Of a DNA stretch of 38,967 nucleotides, positions 23,051-34,731 are shown piece after piece. Position numbers and translations under genes: made by a program. The DNA is from Basidiobolus meristosporus CBS 931.73 (taxonomy: Eukaryota > Fungi > Basidiobolomycota), in contig MCFE01000756.1 in NCBI GenBank assembly GCA_002104905.1, positions 1 to 38,967 of the forward strand. Direction: 5' to 3'. Numbering within the stretch: the first letter of the stretch is position 1; each line of letters opens with the position of its first letter. The notes under the pieces are model-generated. The model saw nothing but the letters and a program-made list of their open reading frames with translations, searched no databases and was not told the DNA's origin.

Positions 23051-24199
23051 TACTGTGGGCTTTATCATTAGGCTCTGTTGTTGTGCTTGAAAGCTGTTCA
23101 GTATCTCTCTGCTGTTACATTGGGAAATGGCTCTATTCTTGGCTGTGACATTGAGCTACTTGAGTTCCTTCTTTGCAGCAAAGATACTGCCTTCTTTACC
23201 TGGGATATTGATTGCTCTACACATATTATCCACTCATCCTGTCTCTGGACTATTTCCTGATTTGTCTGGGTCATTGCATCTATCCTACCAGTGACTGCAC
23301 CTAATTACCTCATTATTGGTTTAGTACAAGCTGACAACATAGTTGCACATATTGGTGATGGTAACGTTATGATGGACACTTGCTGGTCTTCAACTGAAGG
23401 TACTTCATTTGCTACATTTACATCTGGTTAAGCACTATGCTCAGCTTGTGGCTCTGCAGAGATTCTCATTGTCTACCTGATTAGGATCCTGTGGAGTTTA
23501 CATTATTGAAATCAGTGGGCACAGGGTTAACATGGCCCTTCTTGGTTGTAACCCTGCTTGTTGCATTGAATGTCAAAGCAACTTGTTGTCAAGCTGTTCT
23601 TCTGCTGTTGTCAGCAGTGAGGCTTGCTTGGGAACCAGACAACTTTTCTATATTTTTTGGCAGAATATATAAATGGAAATAAGTCAAAATAAAGGGGAAT
23701 TGGTGTTGAATATATGTTTGTATGTGAGGCCACAACTTTATTTATAATGCTCACTATGGCATGCCAATATTGAATCTTACATTCATGCAGGTGTAGATTC
23801 TCAAATAAATGTCTGTCTGGATTTCACACGAGTATTGAAAAAAAATGATATAATGGCATTACATTGTCAAGTGTCAAGCTGTTTGCCCTATTGAGTAGAA
23901 TACTTTGATCCAACTGCATAGGAGAGGAGAAAAAGGACCATGTGGCTATTGTAGCAAGCTTCTCAGTCATGAAGCATGCAGACAGCTTAGGAAGTATCAC
24001 AAGGATCATGGCTAGTGTTTTGCCCCACTACTTATATTTGACCATATCATCAGTCACTATTGTACCAGTATTATCTTACTGGCCAGTTGATATTTCTATA
24101 ACAGCACCTGGCTATACTTGTTACCTTGTGCAAACTGAATAAGGTGAGTTTGTAATACCCTTAGGCTCACCCCAGCCTTCTGCATATAGCATATAGTGT

Positions 24200-25730
24200 G
24201 AATGCTCTCAAGAAAAAGGCTCACTAAGGGATTGCTAGCATATCTCCCCTAACAAGAGTACTCTGCATGAGCCTGGTACAATCACAATATGCAATGAGAT
24301 AACACCTATGAGAAAAACTGCCAAGGACACTTTATGGAGTCCAGTGAGCCCAGTAATCCATTCACTAGTGAATGATGTGAGGGATTGGCTAGAAATGTGG
24401 TGCTTCTCCACTAATATCGGTAATGGGAGCTCTGAGGATTTACTACTACTTCTTTCCAATATCATCCCTGGATACAACTTACCATGTACATGGTACAAAT
24501 GGACAACTGTCATGTGGCTTGCAACATATGACCAAGAGACCATCCTTATACTGGCTTGTGTTAGCAGTTGCATGGCATTCACAAAATAAAATGACAACAT
24601 TGCAAGGTGTGTAACTTCTCAGGAATCTGCAACTGTTGGGGGAAAGCACTGTTAACACTCTGGATATATTCCAGTAGTATCCCATCTGAAGAAGCTTATG
24701 CAGTCTAGCAGATATTGTAAGCTATAAAGTGCTGCACTCAGAATCAATAAGCGCAATCATATCCAATATATTTGATGGCATATGTTACATGCAGTTATGA
24801 AGCAAGGGCTACTTTGAAGGTATGCATGACCAAGCCTTTGCCTTGACACTTGATAGATTCTCATTAGACAACTACTCTGCCAGCAAATCATGCTGGCCAC
24901 TGATTCTCATTGGCCTGAATTTGCCACCTATATCACAGTATCAGAGCAGCAATATGATGGTAGTCTCACTGGTATCTGGGCCTAAATCACTGTCCTACCA
25001 AGATAGCTGCCTGTATCTATTGCTAGATACATACAGCTTGGCAAGCTATAGGCCATTGGCTGGATTATGGAATTAATTGGAAACCAAAGATACTTAAGAT
25101 TGAGGGTATCTGTTGGAGCATGAGCTTTCCACTGGGAGCAATGCATTTGTTTTTCAAAAACATCTGTATACTGCTGACCAAGTAGAATATTGGGAATTTC
25201 TAGTTAATTGAGCACTTTGAGAAATTGGGGAAGTTTGTAAAACCAGCATAAAATTACAGAGTATCTGCTACCTTGAGTACTTCTCACAGGCCCTTTTTAA
25301 CATTCATACCCATATTTAACAATAAAAGTTCAAGGACTGGATAAATGGACATGTATTTATTAAAGTGGCCTTCTGAAGCCATCTTTACCAATAGTTCAAT
25401 GAAGGCATTTGGAGTCATAGGTGGATACTGTAGAAATACTTCTCCAGAAGCAGATCACCAATGCCAACTTGATGCATTTGCAGCTTTTGTGCAAGAAGCT
25501 TGCAATGGGACTTTAGCAGCTATACTACAAGCATAAAGCTGAGTGTGTAGATCTCTGCCGCTACTGTATCCATTCTCTACTCCATCTTACACAGTGTGTG
25601 GAAAAAATTGGGCCTTGCATCACCTTTTGGGAATTTCCTATGGAGCGGATGTGTGGGGAGATTGGATGACAAGTCAAGTTGCAGGCACCACCATATCCCA
25701 ATCTCATCAAGAATATTACCTTCAAGTTCA
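24200..25730 (+). pseudogene. CACTA/En-Spm transposase remnant (Transposase_21-like)
   Basis: IISNIFDGICYMQL..GYF, DQAFALTLDRF, CWPLILIGLNLPP, VSLVSGPK, and C-terminal HSLLHLTQCVEKIGPCITFWEFPMERMCGEIG. Confidence 0.85.
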
Positions 25731-25799
25731 TCATGGATGTGATGAGTTGGCACATGGAGGACAGCCAGAAAAAGTTGGAAAATACTGAGGACAAATGTG

Positions 25800-28440
25800 C
25801 ACATAGACCTTGAAGTCAACATGAAGGAGACAATAGCCTATTTCACATTCTTGTCAACACTTGTTCAATGAAATAGTCCAAAAATGGGCTGACAATGAGA
25901 TTATTGCTCAAGACCCTGTCAACACACCATTTAACAGCCCCTTGATGCTTGCACCTAAGAAGGATGCTGATGGAAATTCCACTCTGAAGAGACCCTGTTT
26001 GGACCCAAGAAATTGAAACAAACTTCTCCAAGGTAACAAATTTCCAGCTCCAATAATACAGGATATCTTTTTTCACTATCAGGAGCAAAAGTATTCTCCA
26101 AGTTGGACTTGAAGGATGCATATCACCAATTCCAGATCCATACTGATCATCAGCATAGGACTGCCTTTACTTGGAGTAATATGCAATTGATGTTTCAGGG
26201 AGCTCCCATTGGCCTAAAGACATTTGCCAGAAAGTTGCAGAAAGTCATGACTATAATACCTGAGAATGCACTATATTCCATATTACTTGTTGATGATGTC
26301 ATTGTATTCTCCACAAACTGTGAGGATCACACAACTCATGTCACTGATATATTCAACAGATTGACAGCCACTGGACTGATTCTCAATGCTGAAAAGTGCA
26401 GTTTTGCATGCCTCAAAATCAATCTGCTTGGATTTATAGTTACACCAGCTGACTACCAACTAGACCCTTTCAAACTAGTCAATATTCCTGAATAGCCAAA
26501 ACTCACCAGTGTCAAGCAACTTCAACATTAACTTGGAGTATTCAACTATTTCAGGGAACATATACTACTCATGTCTTCATTGAGTTCTCCTTTGGATGCA
26601 ATACTCCATAGCCCTGATCTCCCCTCAGCCTGGAACAAGACTCATGACCCAGCTTTTGAGTTGCTTTGCTAACTACTTCCACAAGCACCCACCTTATCCT
26701 ACCAAGACTTTACTAAGCCTGTTGCTATTGCTACAGATGCATCTAATATAAGGTTAGGAGCAATCCTCTATTAGGATGATGACCAAAAGGCACCTCACTA
26801 GGTCTCTTTCCAAACCAGATCTCTATAACCTGCTGAGAGAAAATACCCTTCCACCAAGAAGGAGCTACTTGCTAGAGTCTTTGCATGGAAGAAGTGTCAT
26901 CAGTATCTATGGAGTAATCCTTTGGCCTTGGACACTGACCACCAAGCCCTAACTATATTCACACTCAAAAGACTCTGACTCCAATGCTTACCAATTGGCT
27001 GGATACTCTACTTGATTATAAGTATACAAGACTTGTTCCACCATTCCAGCTGATCATAGTGCCCAATAGTGCCATAGCATGCCAGATGGTGCCTGATCAT
27101 GCCTCAGAGTGCCAGATGGTGCCATATAGTGCCAATTCAGGATCAAAATTGACATGCATATGACCCTAAAATATCAAATTAATAACAAAATATACAGCAC
27201 TCTCTGGCACTATGATCAATGGCACAATGGAACAAGTCTACATTATTCACTGCCCAAAAATTCTCAGCATCCTGCCTTACCACCTTTCAAGACTTTTTTG
27301 AACTTCACCTTTGGAGGGACATGGGATTACTGACATAATCAGTAAATCCACTACAACTTCTGAAATAAATCCTAAACTGGATCCAGCAACTTGGAGAATC
27401 CCACTCACAGATGAAAGGAAGATTTTGATACAGAGGAGTCATTTACTTGACCACTCTGGAGCTGGCACACTTATGAAGAAGCTACACTCTGATGGATATC
27501 ACTGGCCAATTATCAAAGCTGACTGCCAAGAACTTGTCAAGTATTGCAGAGAATGTCAACCTTACAATATCAGCAGCCATGGATTTCACCCTTTGAGTCC
27601 CATCTATCCAAGCCTTCCTATGGATTGTATTGCAACTGAATTAGCTGGACCTTTCACCACTGGTGGCAATGGTATTCACTACCTCTTTGTAATTGTGGAT
27701 ATCCACACACATTTTGTCTTCCTCCAAGCTATCCCAGACAAGTATGCTGCCATTATTGCACAAGCACTATTCAAGCTCTTCTGCTTCTTTGGATTCCCTA
27801 AGGTCATTCTATTGTATAATGGAATACAATTTGTGAGTCAAGTGATCAAAGCTCTTTGCCAGAATAGTGCCACTGATCACTATTGGATCACTCTATATCA
27901 TCCCAAAGCTAATGGACTTGCTGAAAGACATGTTCAGAACTCAGTGAGCATCATTCCAAAATCAATTAAAGGTATCATGAAGAGTTGGGTGAAGTACATT
28001 CCTACTGTACAATATGCTATCAACACCAAGATTGCTACTCTACATGAACTGACACCATTTTCTTTGATTATTGGAAGAAGATTCAACCACTTTGGAGACT
28101 ACCAGAATACAGAGTTAGCAAATTAAAATATAGGCAAGCTAAAGAACTGACTTAAGTACCTTACCATCATAGTCTACTCTTCTATGAGTGGCAGAATTAA
28201 AGCCTCATAACAAAAGATGACTTCAACATATGCCTCAATAAACAGGAACAGCTGCTTCCCTGATGGATTGAATGTAATAATACTAGATATAACTCAACAA
28301 TCTGAGCTTGACCCCAAATATGAAGGCCCATTGAAGGCTGTCAGGCACACAACTGGAGGATCTTATGTACTTCAAGAAAACACTGGGGCACCGCTACACA
28401 AGAACTATCCACTTTCTTTACACTATATTTAAATATTAAC
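25800..28440 (+). pseudogene. Ty3/gypsy pol remnant of a third family (RT-RH-IN); LTRs not found
   Basis: NTPFNSPL...RPCLDPR, DLKDAYHQF, LVDDVIVFS, IATDAS, DTDHQAL, HLLDHSG...CRECQ, YHPKANGLAER, PKYEGPL. Confidence 0.88.
27028..27240. mobile_element. ~213-bp MITE-like family D insertion in gypsy pol
   Basis: Terminal inverted repeats AGACTTGTTCCA / TGGAACAAGTCT with internal GTGCCA repeats. It interrupts the WLDTLLDYKYT|IIHCP motif. Confidence 0.85.
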
Positions 28441-28469
28441 GCTAAAGTAAGACTTACACAAAACACTTA

Positions 28470-28813
28470 TAGTGCCACATAGTACCAGTTGACCAAGATA
28501 GTGCCATGCATTTTTGTGACATGATACAAGCTACAGGAGCTAGATTCAGAGTGCCTTGGGTATTGAGTACTAGATGCATGTCTTCAGTCCTTCTGTGCTC
28601 TTACACATCATACACAACATTGATCCAAAAAAAGGTCAAAAAATGGATTTTCTCCTGTACAATGGGTGAAATACAGGGGCTGCTTTGCATGAAGATGCAG
28701 AGCTATGTTTCACACTCTGCAGCCAAGTTTAGGTCTGCTATGCCTCTCTGGCATGCAATGGCACTATTTGGCACTCATGGTGCAATGTGGCACTATCTAA
28801 TGGAACAAGTCTA
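28470..28813 (+). repeat. TIR-repeat family D, right-end copy
   Basis: Ends TGGAACAAGTCTA; colinear with 5455-5773. Confidence 0.8.
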
Positions 28814-29239
28814 TTGGCTGATGGATGATGCAATTTTCATTGATCTTATGCACCTATCAATACCCAAGTTGATTTCATTTAATCCAGTCTCTTGGCACTT
28901 ATTAATTTGAGTTGATCAGAAAAGCATAAATAAAGCTTACTGAATCTTTTGGTTCAGTGTGTTTCTCAGTAAAATTAAGATTGTGTCTCAGCAAAATCAA
29001 GAATTCAACAATTCTATTTAGTTTCTGCCCAAGACTAGCATATCTAGCACTTCTAAAAATGCCAAGCCTAGCCTGCATAGCAAACCAACTCTGTTGCCTT
29101 TATAGCTAAACCCAGCTACACACAAGACCATTATTAGACCAGAATCTCTGCCAATATTTCTGCCACTCTTGAACAATTCAAAGATTCTGCACATAATTGT
29201 CCCTTTGGTGCAGTTACACCATTCAAGAGCTTTATTACA

Positions 29240-30135
29240 CTTTTCTTCCAGGATACCACACTACTTATTGATAAGGCTCTACATAGACAAAAGGACCCAC
29301 ACTATTACCCTGAGCCAGTCCAAGTATGTTCAAGATATACTAAAGAAGCACCAAATGGAAGACTCTAAACTGGCAGCTACCCCAATGGAGACAAACCTTA
29401 ACTTGGTCAAAACTGGACCAAATAACAGAGCTTGATGCCATCTGCAAGCTGAGAATTCCTTTATTGATCTATGGCTGGCAGTCTGGTATATATCTTGTAT
29501 GGAACATGTCTGGATATCTCACACTCTATGGGAGTTGTCAGCCAGCATATTCAGAACTATGGATCTAATCATATTGCAGAAGTTAAGTAGCTTTTTAGAT
29601 ATTTGAAAGAAATGGCTGATATATGTTTACAGTACACCTATATGGATTGAGAGTGGGATGTTGTGAGCTACTCTGATGCTAATTGGGGACAAAATGTAGA
29701 AGCCAGAAGATGCACCACTGAGTACACCCTTCTTTACAGCAAAGGAGCAATAGTATGTAATTCAAGAAGGCAACCCACCATGGCAGAGTATCTGGCAGCC
29801 TGTGAGCCTATAAAGGAAGCAATGTGTTAAGAAAGATTTTTAGCCACTTAGGCTTATGTCAACAAGCCCCTACTACAATGCTTCAAAATAATCAAGGATG
29901 CATACAATTAGGTAGAGATCCAGCTTTTCATGCTGGAACTAAGCACATAGATATCAGAAATCATTTTGCATATGAAACTATAGAAAATAACTTGGTTAAC
30001 TTGGTTTACTATCATAAAAGTGAAATGATTTCAGACATATCTACCAAACCATTAGCTAAAGCCAGATTCCAATATCTGAGATCACAGTTAGGACTAGTTG
30101 ATCAGAGTATTTAGTTGAGTGGGAGTGTTGTAGGC
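29240..30135 (+). pseudogene. Ty1/copia RT C-terminus, RNase H, PPT and start of a 3' LTR
   Basis: LSQSKYVQDIL, YSDANWG, TKHIDIRNHF, MISDISTKPL. PPT AGTTGAGTGGGAG at 30113-30125, then TGTTG at 30126. Confidence 0.8.
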
Positions 30136-31663
30136 TTTGCAATTACATCTAGGTATTCACTTTACTTGGTTACACAGATCATAGTCTAAATATCTCAGAG
30201 AATTCCAGGCAAATTCCTTGTTGGGATTGACTCTGAGTACTTTGCCAAAATATCAGGTACCCAGAACTTGAAAAGTTGGCAAACTGTCCCAGCAGCCCCA
30301 AATTTTATACACAAGTTCTTGGGACCCTCCTAAGCATCTTGTACATGCATATTTGCCAAGACCATGTAAGAGTATCACTACCACTTTTACATTGAATAAA
30401 TTTTGAAGTGAAAACCACATAATCTACTTGTTCCCCTAAACACTTCTGATATCTCCAAAGCTCTTGCAGCAACAAGGCCATTAAAACAATGTCAGGTTTC
30501 TTACCATCATTTGACCCATCAAGATGGGTAGGAATTCCAATGTGCAGTTGCTGTGAAGGTGTCTTTATGGCAGATCTGGGCTGGATCCGACTGCGGGACC
30601 AAATTATTTTTCATAGGGGATTTATGTAATTTTGCGATGGTATTGTGCCACAAATGCTGCCATATGGCTAGCGTTGCTCAAAACACCTCGGAACAATTGT
30701 GGCTTGGCATCGTGCTTCAGCTAGAAGCGAAATATTGTATAGATACGAATTGCATGATGTCCAAAGTTACCACTGCCACTCTCAGAACAGAGACGTATGG
30801 TGTTGTGAGATATAGCATATTATATCAATGGCGATAATGACTGGATTTTAGCCATGATCAACCACTGCCTGGATGTCCAAACTGTAAGACAACTTGGCTG
30901 ACCCCTGCAATCATTCAGGTCGACAGGTACGATGACCATCAGTAGAGTAAACTAGAGGACACCAATATGGCAACATTGATGATTGATAACACCACACATC
31001 GCACTTCTTATTTTCCTTAAATCTTGCCGCCAGCAATGTGTACTCCCGGTGGTAGTTATTGGAATGGATTCAATGTAGCCTTCATTCTAACCAAAAGCAT
31101 TCGATCAGCCTAAAATGGTAACGGGTGCAACCGAGCTTCTGAATCAAGTAACCATTTGGTAAGCATCAACCAGGGAAGCTAGCTCGAATAGGCATCCGCT
31201 AGCCCGCATGAACTATATCACCATATGGCACCTCAATGGCAGAAAGCCATGAAGAGGCATTGGGGGGGACCTGCACAACGATGCATCCTCACCAGCGTGC
31301 CGGGACATCGCCATTTATGGGACATGCCCCAATAACAATACGATTAAAGCTACTGTGGACAGGAAAAAACTCGAATGTTTCGAATGACTTCTTTAAGGAA
31401 AATAAGCATAGGTTTGTGGAACTCACGGCCATTGGGTTTATGAGTAAGCGACCACGTACAAAGCGCGCTAATTCAGCTTGGACATTTGTGCATGTTCCTT
31501 CCGGAACGATTGATTGGTCCCTCAAACCTGGATAACCGGTCAAGCTATCTTATAGCCAACCTCTCCGGTCAACGTTGCTACGTGCGATGGAACTCCTTTG
31601 GATTGGTCAAGCAAGCAACTGGCAAACATAATGGTGGTACATGGACCTTATCTACACCAGGCG

Positions 31664-31670
31664 TATAAAA
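31664..31670 (+). promoter_or_regulatory. Candidate TATA box of the phosphate transporter gene
   Basis: TATAAAA about 58 bp upstream of the ATG at 31728. Confidence 0.55.
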
Positions 31671-31727
31671 GTCCCTAGAACCTAACCTCGACCTTACTAT
31701 CAGTGAGTAGTAAAAGCTCCACAAGGC

Positions 31728-33209
31728 ATGGCAGACCAACTTCAATCTCTGGGTGAAGCCAAGCTCACCGGATGGCACCTCCGAGCAATCATCGTAGCGG
31801 GAATTGGGTTCTTCACTGATGCCTACGACATCTTCATCATCAACCTGGCCGTCCCCATGATGGGTTATGTCTACTACACGGAGAACAACAACAAGATCCC
31901 TAAGCAATACGAGGGTCCGCTGAAGGGAGCCACTGCATTTGGTACATTGATTGGGCAGCTGCTCTTTGGATACTTGGGGGATCGACTTGGCAGAAAGAAA
32001 ATGTATGGTTCCGAGCTGATCATCATCATTTTTGCCACCCTCTGTTGTGCCATAGCTGGCTCCTGGGCCAAGGGGTTGAATGTGATCGCCATTCTGGCGT
32101 TCTGGCGGTTCATTCTTGGGATAGGGATTGGCGGGGATTATCCAGTGTCTGCGGTGATTACCTCGGAGTTCGCCTCCACCAAGAGACGAGGAATGATGAT
32201 TTCCGCGGTGTTCGCATCTCAAGGCACCGGCATCCTGGTTGGCGCGTTGTTCACCGTGATTATGCTTGCTATCTTCCAAGGAGCCATCCGTGCCGATCAG
32301 AACAACTTCGACTACGTGTGGAGAATCATGCTTGGCTTCGGGTGCGTTCCCGCCATCTTCACCGTATACTTCCGGTTGACCATGCCCGAGTCCCCCCGCT
32401 ACACCCTGGAAGTGATCGGGGATGCAGAAAGGGCCGCGGAAGACTTGAGAGGCGTTCTTGATCTCCAGGAGAAGGACCAAGTCGAGGCCCAGAATCCGAT
32501 TGTCAAGGCCGAGGGCCGGCAGTCGACTTTTACTGAGCATTTTAGTCAATGGAAGAATTTGAAGGTGTTACTTGGCACTTCACTGTCTTGGTTCTTCCTT
32601 GACATTGCTTTCTATGGGCTCTCACTGAATCAGTCCTATGTCTTGCAAGCCATCGGGTACTCGTCCAAGGGGCTCTCGCCGTACGACGCAATGTGGACCG
32701 AGGCTGTCGGGAATCTGATCATCTCGTTAATGGGTACAGTGCCAGGCTATTGGTTCACCGTATTCCTTATCGAGCGCATGGGTCGTATTAAGATTCAGTT
32801 GATGGGCTTCGCCTGTCTGACCATCATCTTCATCATTCTCTCCGCTGGGTTCTATAAGATTCGCGATACTGCGGTGGCGCTATTTATTGCCCTTTTCACA
32901 CTTGCCCAATTCTTCTTCAACTTCGGCCCCAACACCACGACCTTTGTTCTCCCCTCTGAGGTATTTCCCACCCGGTTCCGCTCCACTGCTCACGGGATCT
33001 CTGCCGCTTCCGGTAAGCTTGGAGCAATCATTGCTACATTTGGGTTCAACCAGCTGGTTGAGATTGGTGGCAAGGATGGGGATCATGCTTTCCTTCCCCA
33101 GACTCTTGGCATCTTTGCTGGGATCATGTTCCTTGGACTCCTGTCAACCTTCTGGGTTCCTGAAACCAAGGGCAAATCTCTGGAGGAAATCTCCGGTGAA
33201 AACAATTAG
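31728..33209 (+). CDS. PHO84: High-affinity phosphate:H+ symporter, MFS (493 aa, no intron apparent)
   Basis: GIGFFTDAYDIF, GDRLGRKKMYG, LGIGIGGDYPVSA.ITSEFA, YFRLTMPESPRYT, NFGPNTTTF, RSTAHGISAASGKLGA, PETKGKSLEE. Confidence 0.95.
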   Translation: MADQLQSLGEAKLTGWHLRAIIVAGIGFFTDAYDIFIINLAVPMMGYVYYTENNNKIPKQYEGPLKGATAFGTLIGQLLFGYLGDRLGRKKMYGSELIIIIFATLCCAIAGSWAKGLNVIAILAFWRFILGIGIGGDYPVSAVITSEFASTKRRGMMISAVFASQGTGILVGALFTVIMLAIFQGAIRADQNNFDYVWRIMLGFGCVPAIFTVYFRLTMPESPRYTLEVIGDAERAAEDLRGVLDLQEKDQVEAQNPIVKAEGRQSTFTEHFSQWKNLKVLLGTSLSWFFLDIAFYGLSLNQSYVLQAIGYSSKGLSPYDAMWTEAVGNLIISLMGTVPGYWFTVFLIERMGRIKIQLMGFACLTIIFIILSAGFYKIRDTAVALFIALFTLAQFFFNFGPNTTTFVLPSEVFPTRFRSTAHGISAASGKLGAIIATFGFNQLVEIGGKDGDHAFLPQTLGIFAGIMFLGLLSTFWVPETKGKSLEEISGENN

Positions 33210-34731
33210 AACACCTATACAATATCTAGTCTATCCACAAACATTTTCCAATAAACATACAAGCAATGATCCGATTGTATGGCATTAAGTGCTGTGAAGA
33301 TTTGATCCTCGATATGGTCGGGTTGCCTTGTGGTTACTTCAATACTTCACAACTCATCAGAATATGGCATCTGGACAGCCAAAATTTGATGGGTTGCACC
33401 AAGACTTGGACAGTATTAGTGCTGGTCGCCTGTGAAACATTGGCATTTGTCGTACCAATGTAGCTCACCCATTAACATCTATATAAGACGTAACGTCGTC
33501 AAATGGAATCAGGCCACTTACTACAACAGATCTGGACGAATGTAAACCCCATCATTCATGATAGCACCCACAGATTCAAACAGCACAACAGTCCATCATC
33601 ACTGCCCCTCTTGAAATCAACCAAAAAGTAAACCATCATTAATCACCATTCCGATTTACGTGATGATTTCCGCTAGGAATGTAAGTTTCAATTCTTCCAA
33701 GAAGATTAGCCACCCATTTACAGCACCAGTGACAAAGTGATTATGGTCGAATACCAGTACGTGGATGTTCCATTCGGCATCCACCCACTCGCCCAGAAAT
33801 GTTGAGCCTGTCTGATTCATGCACATTCATTATTTTACATCAGATTTCCGCGGCTCTTGGTTAGATTCCCCCCCCCGGAAACTCTGGCTGGCATGGTTGG
33901 GATCAGAAAGCTGCGTGCCAAACAGAAATCAGGATAAGTTGATGTAAGCGGCATACGTATTTGAAACACCGATATTTATTTGGGATACAGCTGGCGTTCA
34001 GCAACAGTAAACAAGCTAACTAACTGCATTAGTGCAGCAGGAACATCTGGCTCAACAGTCAGTTGAGCAATTGTGCAGCAGGAATAGTCTGGTTCAACAG
34101 TCAATTGGGTAGTTGGGTTCTACCAACCAGCGGGGCTTATCATCGAAACTTCAGGGGCATCTCTCATGATTACAACAAATGTGTCCGTGTTTGTACCTGT
34201 GACGCTAGTAAAGCGAGTCGATCTTACGGTACGTCATCCAAATTGTCAGCGGAGAGAAGGTAACTTCGCTAGAAAACGGCCACCTAACTGCATCCAACTT
34301 GTATGGTTGGTTGCATATCACATGGCCACCATGGCTTCCAAGTGATACAACTCTGCTAGTTGAGGCGCAATTGTCATGCATACCAAGATTTAGATGACCG
34401 AAGGGCCCTTAATTTCGAGAGTGAACCCCACCATTGGACCAATCCCAAAAATGGAAAGGGCTCATCTAAGCAAAGAAGAAATTTCCATAAAAGAAGCTTT
34501 GTTCACTCATCGCACACGATACGTGTTAATTTAGCTGCATCTACTCCTATTTGCCAACCTCTTTCTGAAACTTCACCGCAAGTTTCATCGAATAGCTACC
34601 CATTAAGAGGCTCAACAATTCCGGAGTGCATTCTCCTAGATAGAGCAACCAACTCGACCGGCCACTAACTTCGTTCGCCCTTCAGCGGTACCCGCCCAAC
34701 CATAATACTGTAACATATCTTCGTAGTAAGG

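Larger units (their letters stand above)
17998..30618 (+). mobile_element. CACTA/CMC (En/Spm-like) DNA transposon with nested insertions; pairing of the two ends is tentative
   Basis: Starts CCCTATGAAAA and ends TTTTCATAGGG, both flanked by AT (possible 2-bp TSD). Contains Transposase_21-like remnants. The right flank does not obviously continue the copia sequence at the left flank. Confidence 0.6.

Noticed and set aside
27040-27140. Short recurring GTGCCA units suggesting a CRISPR-like array
   Set aside because: Irregular spacing, eukaryotic context and location inside a TIR element; these are subterminal repeats.
1-30600. Classical ascomycete RIP as the cause of decay
   Set aside because: CpA is abundant rather than depleted, and the observed changes are at CpG.
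31236-31543. Overlapping ~100-aa ORFs on both strands upstream of PHO84
   Set aside because: Short, with no domain signature or splice support.
30620-31727. Possible Pho4/NUC-1 boxes in the PHO84 promoter
   Set aside because: Only near-matches (CACGTA, TACGTG); no perfect CACGTG seen.
31578-32549. 323-aa antisense ORF overlapping PHO84
   Set aside because: No recognisable motifs, and it lies mostly over a conserved CDS. It is most simply a shadow ORF from codon bias; there is no evidence here for an antisense transcript.
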